From Candidatus Iainarchaeum sp. (GTDB lineage Archaea > Iainarchaeota > Iainarchaeia > Iainarchaeales > CSSED10-239), in the NCBI GenBank assembly GCA_937968065.1, contig CALBUD010000026.1, positions 1 through 5,218 on the forward strand: a stretch of 5,218 nt of DNA, read 5' to 3'. The notes below the pieces were generated by a model. The model made no database searches and had not been told where the DNA came from. It saw only the letters and a list, made by a program, of their open reading frames with translations. Shown here one piece after another: positions 1 to 4,491 of the stretch; within the stretch, counting starts at the first letter, position 1, and the number at the start of each line of letters is the position of its first letter. Position numbers and translations under genes: made by a program.

Positions 1-296
1 TAACCGAAAAGAGAACCTAAACCTTCAGCAGCTGATTCTTCTGAAACTTCAACTTCTTCTTCTTTTTTCTCTTCAGCTTTTGTTTCTGTAGCACCTGTTG
101 CAGGTCCAGCAGCAACTGGCATTGATGCTTTTTCAATAGCTTCAGCAACATTTATATCTTTTAAAGAAGCTAAAAGACCTTTTAATTTTCCATCATCTAC
201 AGAAATTCCAGCAGAAGTTAAAACTTTTTTAACATTTTCTTCTGTTATTTCTTTTTTTGAATTGTGTAATAATAAAACTGCATATATATAATCCAT
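1..296 (-). CDS. rpl12: Archaeal ribosomal stalk protein P1 (aL12/L12e family). All 98 codons are present; only the last base of the stop codon falls outside the window.
   Basis: Manual translation from the ATG at 296..294 gives MDYIYAVLLLHNSKKEITEENVKKVLTSAGISVDDGKLKGLLASLKDINVAEAIEKASMPVAAGPATGATETKAEEKKEEEVEVSEESAAEGLGSLFG, followed by TA- at positions 2..1. The N-terminal M-[DE]-YIYA-x-LLLH motif, the Ala/Pro/Gly hinge, the acidic stretch and the GLG-x-LFG C-terminus are the hallmarks of archaeal P1. A GGTGA Shine-Dalgarno-like motif sits at 301..305, 4 nt upstream of the ATG. The gene follows uL10, as in the canonical operon. The ORF track omits it because the ORF is open at the window edge. 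Confidence 0.92.
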   Translation of the reverse strand, partial: MDYIYAVLLLHNSKKEITEENVKKVLTSAGISVDDGKLKGLLASLKDINVAEAIEKASMPVAAGPATGATETKAEEKKEEEVEVSEESAAEGLGSLFG

Positions 297-349
297 ATTT
301 TCACCTTTTTTTTATTTAATATATTTTTTTAAGAAAAAATCTCTAAAGA

Positions 350-1105
350 CTATTTAGAGACCTCCTTTTCTAAAGCTTTTGCTTTTAGTTCAGCCATTAT
401 AATCATTGGCTCAATTGTTAAACTATTTGCATAACCTACTTCAACGCCTAAATTAATAGCTTGTCTTACAGCCATAATAAAGTTATTGTAAATTTCTTCA
501 CTATCAACATCTAAAACTTCTTTAGAATAGATTGTTCCATTTTCTTTAATTAAAACAACATCTAAAATAAGTTCTACAGGTTTAATATCAAGCTTTGATA
601 AAGTATTTACAACATCTTCTGTTATAACATCTCCTTCTTTGGAAATAACAGTATCTTTTGTAACATGTATTGTTGCACCTTTAACTTGAGCTTTTATACC
701 AACCTTTTTAAGATCTGAAAGTGCAGGGCCAGGCGGTAAACCAGTATCTCCTTCAGAAATTACAATGTCTATTGGAGAAATCATTCCTGCCTTTGCTTTT
801 GATCTTGCTTTATTTTTCTTAATTGAAGAATAAATATCAAAAGCATTATTATCAGATAAAACTAATATTGGTTGATTTGGAAGTTTTTCAATAATTTCTT
901 TTTCTCCTATCTTTTCAAGAGCCATTCTTAAAATGTTTCTGTTTGTAACTTTAAAAGATATTTGTGGAGTGTTTTTTCTTAATTTATGTAAAAGAGCTGC
1001 AGGAAAATTATTTAAGTCACCAATACCAATGGTTTTATATTTTTTTAAAATATCTGTAATAATTCCAAGTTCTTTTAATCTCCATGCTTTAAGATGTTTT
1101 GCCAT
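350..1105 (-). CDS. rplP0: Ribosomal protein uL10 (archaeal P0), an unusually short form of about 251 aa
   Basis: Translation contains AKAGMISPIDIVISEGDTGLPPGPALSDLKKVGIKAQVKGATIHVTKDTVISKEGDVIT...LSKLDIKPVEL...IYSKEVLDVDSEE. This matches the conserved archaeal P0 core (GxIAPxDxxVxxGxTGxPPGP...LGIxxxIxKGKIxIxxDxxVxKxGExxS...LGIKPxxxGL). The track starts the ORF at a GTG (1117). I prefer the ATG at 1105..1103 (MAKHLKAW...), because GGAGGTG at 1115..1121 lies 9 nt upstream of it and the uL1 stop codon ends at 1107. The stop codon is TAG at 350..352. Confidence 0.9.
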   Translation of the reverse strand: MAKHLKAWRLKELGIITDILKKYKTIGIGDLNNFPAALLHKLRKNTPQISFKVTNRNILRMALEKIGEKEIIEKLPNQPILVLSDNNAFDIYSSIKKNKARSKAKAGMISPIDIVISEGDTGLPPGPALSDLKKVGIKAQVKGATIHVTKDTVISKEGDVITEDVVNTLSKLDIKPVELILDVVLIKENGTIYSKEVLDVDSEEIYNNFIMAVRQAINLGVEVGYANSLTIEPMIIMAELKAKALEKEVSK

Positions 1106-1106
1106 A

Positions 1107-1763
1107 TTATAAAGCACCTCCTACCTTAACAGGTGCACTCATTGTTGTTTTATAAATAACATCTTTTATGTTTTGTTTTCCGTTTGGAAGTTTTTCAAAA
1201 AGAGAATTATAAACAACAAGTGTGTTTTCTGCAATATCAGAAACACTTTGACTTTTCTTTCCAATTCTTATCATTAAAGAAACAGAAGATTTATTTTTTT
1301 TATTACTTATTTTTACTTTTGATAATTGAGAAGCAATTAGATTTTTAACAGCTTGTTCATTTGGTGGCATAACAACAGGCATCTTACCTCTTGGACTTAA
1401 GACTTGTCCTAAAAATTTACCCACTGTAAGCATTGCTTGACCTTCTGCTAAAATCAGATCATGTTCATTTGCAAGTTTCTTTGCATCTTTTTTTGAAATT
1501 TTTGAAATCTCATCATCAAATATTATTTTATCAACAATTCCTTTTAAAGATTCTAAGTATTGTTTGTTTTTAACAAATGCAAGACTCTTTATTTTTGTTA
1601 TAAAAGGATGAGGAAGATTTACAAAATATTCAAATCTATGATCTTTGTTTTTTATATTTAGATTTTTGAAAGTTATTATTAGATCTATTGATTCATCAAA
1701 ATTTCTTTTCTTTAGATTTGAGAAAAGACCTTGAAGAGTTGACTCTAAAGATTTTTTATCCAT
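1107..1763 (-). CDS. rpl1: Ribosomal protein uL1 (archaeal L1)
   Basis: The 218-aa product has KKRNFDESIDLII near the N-terminus, LSPRGKMP in the middle and KTTMSAPVKV near the C-terminus. These correspond to conserved archaeal L1 blocks (compare Methanocaldococcus L1: PRNFTQSFEF, LGPRGKMP, KLTMGPAVKV). The ATG at 1763 is preceded by GGAGGTG at 1774..1780. The stop codon is TAA at 1107..1109. Confidence 0.93.
   Translation of the reverse strand: MDKKSLESTLQGLFSNLKKRNFDESIDLIITFKNLNIKNKDHRFEYFVNLPHPFITKIKSLAFVKNKQYLESLKGIVDKIIFDDEISKISKKDAKKLANEHDLILAEGQAMLTVGKFLGQVLSPRGKMPVVMPPNEQAVKNLIASQLSKVKISNKKNKSSVSLMIRIGKKSQSVSDIAENTLVVYNSLFEKLPNGKQNIKDVIYKTTMSAPVKVGGAL
1115..1121 (-). promoter_or_regulatory. 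Shine-Dalgarno-like site (GGAGGTG) for uL10/P0, embedded in the 3' end of the uL1 coding sequence
   Basis: The plus strand reads cacctcc, which is GGAGGTG on the minus strand, 9 nt upstream of the ATG at 1105. The identical heptamer precedes uL1. Confidence 0.6.
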
Positions 1764-1773
1764 TTGTTTCTTA

Positions 1774-1780
1774 CACCTCC
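1774..1780 (-). promoter_or_regulatory. Shine-Dalgarno-like site (GGAGGTG) for uL1
   Basis: cacctcc on the plus strand, 10 nt upstream of the ATG at 1763. Confidence 0.6.
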
Positions 1781-1782
1781 TG

Positions 1783-1866
1783 CTATAAAGCAGTTATATC
1801 GGTTTTTTTTAAAAATAAAAAGTTAAAGTTTAACTTTTATTAATATATATTGTATATTAAGAAGTA
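1783..1866 (-). promoter_or_regulatory. Probable promoter region for the uL1-uL10-P1 operon, containing TATA-like A/T boxes. The exact box and transcription start are not resolved.
   Basis: This is part of the 145-nt non-coding gap between the surface-gene cluster and uL1. Minus-strand candidates are CTTTATAG (1783..1790), GATATAA (1794..1800) and TATATATTAATA further upstream. The sequence is so AT-rich that a TATA/BRE assignment from sequence alone is weak. Confidence 0.25.
1809..1838 (-). terminator. Terminator-like element: a perfect 10-bp A/T-rich palindrome followed by an oligo-T tract on the minus strand
   Basis: The arms aaaagttaaa (1818..1827) and tttaactttt (1829..1838) are perfect inverted repeats around g1828. 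On the minus strand the element is followed by TTATTTTT. It lies about 70 nt downstream of the stop codon of the last surface-cluster gene. The stem has only one G:C pair, so it is thermodynamically weak. Archaeal termination mainly needs the oligo-T run. Confidence 0.35.
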
Positions 1867-1908
1867 TTTTTAAATGTTTATTTTTTTACATAAAGGTTTA
1901 ATTATTTG

Positions 1909-2352
1909 TTAGTTAGGAATATAGTCTATTTTATCTATATATATATAATAGTCATCCTCTGTGAAAAGATGCATAAAAATACCAAAAGAAACATTGTAAT
2001 CAAAATTATAAAGTTCCATTATGTTTTCTCCACTTGATAGATATAAAGGATCTTTAAGAGTAAAAATACCACAAGTAACATTAATACCATAACTTGTTAT
2101 TTTTATTTCTTCTTGTGTTAAAGAAGGAGAATAGGTAAAAGTTAATTTATTGTCTTTGATATATGCATTTGAAATAAAAGTTCCTTCTTTAAACTCTAGT
2201 TCTTTATAATCATACTCATTTTGAAAATTAAGATTAGATAAAAATAGTTGGTTCCAAGAAACAATTACAAAAATAATCAAACCTAAAATAATAAAGTAAA
2301 CTATAAATAATAACATTGAAAATATTTTTGATTTTTTGTTTTTATTATTCAT
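1909..2352 (-). CDS. Hypothetical small protein with an N-terminal membrane anchor and a predicted extracytoplasmic beta-rich domain
   Basis: The ORF is open from 2367. I favour the ATG at 2352 (MNNKNKKSKIFSMLLFIVYFIILGLIIFVIVSW...), giving 147 aa. A basic N-terminus is followed by about 22 hydrophobic residues and then a Tyr/Asp/Asn-rich domain of about 110 aa. I recognise no family. The start overlaps the stop codon of the upstream gene (2345..2347) by 8 nt, or by 23 nt if the start is 2367, which suggests translational coupling. The choice of start is uncertain. Confidence 0.6.
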   Translation of the reverse strand: MNNKNKKSKIFSMLLFIVYFIILGLIIFVIVSWNQLFLSNLNFQNEYDYKELEFKEGTFISNAYIKDNKLTFTYSPSLTQEEIKITSYGINVTCGIFTLKDPLYLSSGENIMELYNFDYNVSFGIFMHLFTEDDYYIYIDKIDYIPN

Positions 2353-2956
2353 ATTTTTCCCAAACATATCTTGGAGTTTCTGTTACTCTATCAACACAGA
2401 TTAAATCAATATTTGTTTTAAAATCTTTTTCAATGTTATCTAAATTTTTAAAACCACATGCATTTCCTTCTTTTACTTCTGAGTTGTTTGGATTTAAGTT
2501 TAAAACTAAATCTCCATCAACAACCTGCCAACTAAACTTTGGTTCATTATCTTCTATATATGTACAGATTAATTGTTGATCTGGATTTTTAGGATCATCA
2601 ATAACATCTCCATCTCTTACATGTCCACATTTTTTTCCAGGTTCAAACTCTGATGGAACGTCATATTCTTTATTATCTTCTTTTACAATCCATACAAATC
2701 TAGGACAAGTATTTCCTATATATGTACAAATTAATTCTTGATTAGGGTTGTTTGGATCAGTTATTGTTTTTCCATCATCTCTGTGTCCACAACGACCATT
2801 TTCTCTTAGTTCTTCTGGGTTTTGTCCACTTTGATTTTGTAATAAAAAATTATTTGTATCTTTACCTATATTTATTTTTATAAAACCTGTTAATAAAGAG
2901 ATAATGACTAATATTATTAAAATTGAAATAATTATTATAAATATTTTATTTTTCAT
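2345..2956 (-). CDS. Hypothetical membrane-anchored protein with three tandem copies of a two-cysteine repeat domain
   Basis: The 203-aa product has the N-terminus MKNKIFIIIISILIILVIISLLTGFI (signal anchor). Three repeats follow: CGHRDDGKTITDPNNPNQELICTYIGNTCPRFVW (aa 56-89), CGHVRDGDVIDDPKNPDQQLICTYIEDNEPKFSW (aa 110-143) and CGFKNLDNIEKDFKTNIDLICVDRVTETPRYVW (aa 167-199). The ATG at 2956 is 3 nt after the stop codon of the upstream gene, and GAGG lies about 12 nt upstream. Confidence 0.8.
   Translation of the reverse strand: MKNKIFIIIISILIILVIISLLTGFIKINIGKDTNNFLLQNQSGQNPEELRENGRCGHRDDGKTITDPNNPNQELICTYIGNTCPRFVWIVKEDNKEYDVPSEFEPGKKCGHVRDGDVIDDPKNPDQQLICTYIEDNEPKFSWQVVDGDLVLNLNPNNSEVKEGNACGFKNLDNIEKDFKTNIDLICVDRVTETPRYVWEKYE
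2360..2458 (-). repeat. Cys-repeat copy 3 (aa 167-199), more diverged
   Basis: It retains CG at the start, LIC, and [FY]-V-W 12 residues after the second Cys. The Cys-Cys spacing is 20, and the DG/NP positions have degenerated. Confidence 0.6.
2528..2629 (-). repeat. Cys-repeat copy 2 (aa 110-143)
   Basis: It has the same motif and the same Cys-Cys spacing (21 residues) and Cys-Trp spacing (12 residues) as copy 1. Confidence 0.8.
2690..2791 (-). repeat. Cys-repeat copy 1 (aa 56-89 of the 203-aa protein)
   Basis: Motif C-G-x3-DG-x-x-I-x-D-P-x-NP-x3-LIC-x11-W. Similarity to copy 2 is also visible at the DNA level: tatatatgtacaaattaattcttgat at 2717 versus tatatatgtacagattaattgttgat at 2555, an offset of 162 nt (54 codons). 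Confidence 0.8.
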
Positions 2957-2959
2957 AAA

Positions 2960-3274
2960 CTATTCAGCCTCTTGCCAAATTCTTTGATTACCTGTGCCTG
3001 TAACTTTACAGATTAATGTTCTTTCTGGGTTTTGAGAGTCTTGTATAGTTTTACCTTCATCAACCCCTCTACAAAAAGAACCTAAAGTTGCATTAGAGAT
3101 AACAGGATGATTTTCATTTCCTAAAGGTTCTTGAGTATCAGGTTCTAATGATTCATCTGTTGGAAGAAAAGTATCTTCTTTAGATAAATTTGATTTTGTT
3201 GGTTTAAATATTAAAAATAAAATTAAACCTATTAATATTAAAATTAAAATTCCAAATATTATTTTTTTATTCAT
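2960..3274 (-). CDS. Hypothetical membrane-anchored protein with one copy of the same two-cysteine repeat domain. It is a paralog of the downstream 203-aa gene.
   Basis: The 104-aa product starts with MNKKIIFGILILILIGLILFLIF (signal anchor), followed by an acidic, Pro-rich linker. Then comes CRGVDEGKTIQDSQNPERTLICKVTGTGNQRIW (aa 68-100, nt 2975..3073), with a Cys-Cys spacing of 21. A partial SD (GTGA, 3281..3284) lies 6 nt upstream of the ATG at 3274. The gene starts 23 nt after the GLUG ORF stop codon. Confidence 0.78.
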   Translation of the reverse strand: MNKKIIFGILILILIGLILFLIFKPTKSNLSKEDTFLPTDESLEPDTQEPLGNENHPVISNATLGSFCRGVDEGKTIQDSQNPERTLICKVTGTGNQRIWQEAE

Positions 3275-3297
3275 ATTTTTTCACATTTTTATAAAAA

Positions 3298-4491
3298 TTA
3301 TTCTGGAAGAGGTGTTTGAACATTATTTCTTAAGTAAGGATAAGTTGTTCCCTCTGTGATATTCCAGATATCTGTAAAATTCCAATCAATAAAGGTTGAT
3401 TGTTGTTTCATTTCTATTGTTGTTTTTCCAGTTGCACCTAAAGCACTGGTTAATTGATTAGATGTTTCTGTATCCCAAAAATTGTTTGAAAAAATAGGAC
3501 CATCACTCACTGAAAACCCTTTATTAGTAGGATTTTCAGAATCTTGATAAATTACTTGACCAATTGAATATGAGTTGATTATATTTGAATTATTATTTGA
3601 ATGACTTTCAAAAGTAGTTACAAATCCACCTATATTATTACTATCTCCCGATAATCTTATAACATCACTTAAAGAATAACTATTGGTTATATTTGAAACT
3701 TTAGAAATTAATCCTCCAACATAATCAATTCCAGAAACAGTTCCTGTTGAATAACTTTCATATATAGGTGTATCAGAAGCACCGATTAATCCACCTACAT
3801 AAGCGTTACCTACAACGTTTGCATCTGCAAAACTATATTTAATGGAGATATCTTTTAAGATTCCAGTACCACCCCACCCGTTACCTACAAGACCTCCTAC
3901 CTTATTATTACCGGTTACAGAACCTATAAAATAATTATTTGAAAAATTTAAAGTTGACCATAGAGATCCAATTAAACCACCAACATTATTTTTACTACTG
4001 TTTACAACACCTGTTGCATAACAATTAGAAATCTCTGTGTATTTTGGGGTACCAACTAAAGAACCCACTGCTACATATTGTGCATTTGAATCTAAAATAG
4101 TTACATTTTCTAAACCTAAATTTGTAATTTTAGAATTTTGTGTAGTTCCAAATAAACCAACTGAAAACCCACCACCAATAGGTTCTGGATTTGTTATATT
4201 CAAATCTATAATTTTGTATCCAGCACCATCAAAAATACCTTTAAACGGAAACTCGTTACTACCTATTGGTTCAAAATTAATGCCAGACATATTAATATCT
4301 GAACCTAAAATATAACTACCGGTTAATCGATTTCTTACACAATCAAGTTTTGTGGGAGTATCAATAACATATCTATTTTGAGAATCTAAAGTAATTTCTT
4401 CTGAACAGAAAGGGGTGTAAATACCATTATAGAAGTGTTTTGCCAAGAAAAGAAAGGGTAACCATTGTTTATTGAAGAATCTTGCTTCCAA
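3298..4491 (-). CDS. GLUG-motif, beta-helix adhesin-like surface protein, C-terminal module. It is probably not an independent gene but the continuation of the upstream frame (4386..5218).
   Basis: The translation shows the typical module: YILGSDINMSG..FEPIG....FKGIFDGAGYKIIDLNI.....VGLFG....KITNLGLENVTI. Repeated turns of the Y-x-x-G-x-V-x-G-x-x-x-VGGL[IV]G type follow (NVGGLIGS, KVGGLVGN, YVGGLIGA, YVGGLISK, IGGFVTT). The module closes with FWDTETSNQ..S.G..GKTTIEMKQQSTFIDWNFTDIWNI.EG..YPYL, as in GLUG (PF07581-type) proteins. There are about 9 N-x-S/T sequons. The only start codon in this frame upstream of the module is a TTG at 4491 with no SD. There is no ATG before residue 68 and no signal peptide. 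Confidence 0.85.
   Translation of the reverse strand: MEARFFNKQWLPFLFLAKHFYNGIYTPFCSEEITLDSQNRYVIDTPTKLDCVRNRLTGSYILGSDINMSGINFEPIGSNEFPFKGIFDGAGYKIIDLNITNPEPIGGGFSVGLFGTTQNSKITNLGLENVTILDSNAQYVAVGSLVGTPKYTEISNCYATGVVNSSKNNVGGLIGSLWSTLNFSNNYFIGSVTGNNKVGGLVGNGWGGTGILKDISIKYSFADANVVGNAYVGGLIGASDTPIYESYSTGTVSGIDYVGGLISKVSNITNSYSLSDVIRLSGDSNNIGGFVTTFESHSNNNSNIINSYSIGQVIYQDSENPTNKGFSVSDGPIFSNNFWDTETSNQLTSALGATGKTTIEMKQQSTFIDWNFTDIWNITEGTTYPYLRNNVQTPLPE

Noticed and set aside
1-296. Bacterial bL12 (L7/L12) identity for the gene following uL10
   Set aside because: The sequence has the archaeal/eukaryotic P1-type N-terminus (MDYIYAVLLLH) and the GLGSLFG C-terminal peptide. It lacks the bacterial bL12 globular C-terminal domain.
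1106-1117. The GTG start at 1117 for uL10/P0, as given in the track (MLYNMAKH...)
   Set aside because: The GTG lies inside the GGAGGTG Shine-Dalgarno-like heptamer (1115..1121) and would overlap the uL1 coding end. The ATG at 1105, 9 nt downstream of that motif, is the better start.
1764-1908. A possible small RNA or tRNA in the only sizeable intergenic spacer
   Set aside because: The 145 nt are almost pure A/T, with no cloverleaf-compatible stems and no G/C-rich helices. The only structure is the weak A/T palindrome reported above.
2316-2579. An 87-aa plus-strand ORF from the track
   Set aside because: It lies entirely antisense to the 203-aa and 152-aa minus-strand genes. Its low-complexity Phe/Ser/Leu-rich translation is typical of a shadow ORF in AT-rich DNA. 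It has no RBS and no recognisable motif.
2880-3274. N-termini of the small proteins as archaeal class III (type IV pilin-like) signal peptides
   Set aside because: The hydrophobic stretch follows the Lys-rich tip directly (MNKK-IIFGIL..., MKNK-IFIII...). There is no [KR]-G/A cleavage motif before the hydrophobic segment. They are better described as signal anchors or Sec-type signals.
4037-4315. A 92-aa plus-strand ORF from the track
   Set aside because: It is antisense to the well-supported GLUG-module coding sequence. Its translation has no recognisable features, so it is a shadow ORF.
4489-4491. The TTG at 4491 as the genuine start of an independent 397-aa gene
   Set aside because: There is no SD-like motif upstream and no signal peptide. 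The codon sits inside the conserved closing motif of the upstream module, which is read in another frame. The N-terminal 40 residues look like an out-of-frame read-in followed by an inter-module linker. I treat it as an ORF-calling artefact of the frame break.
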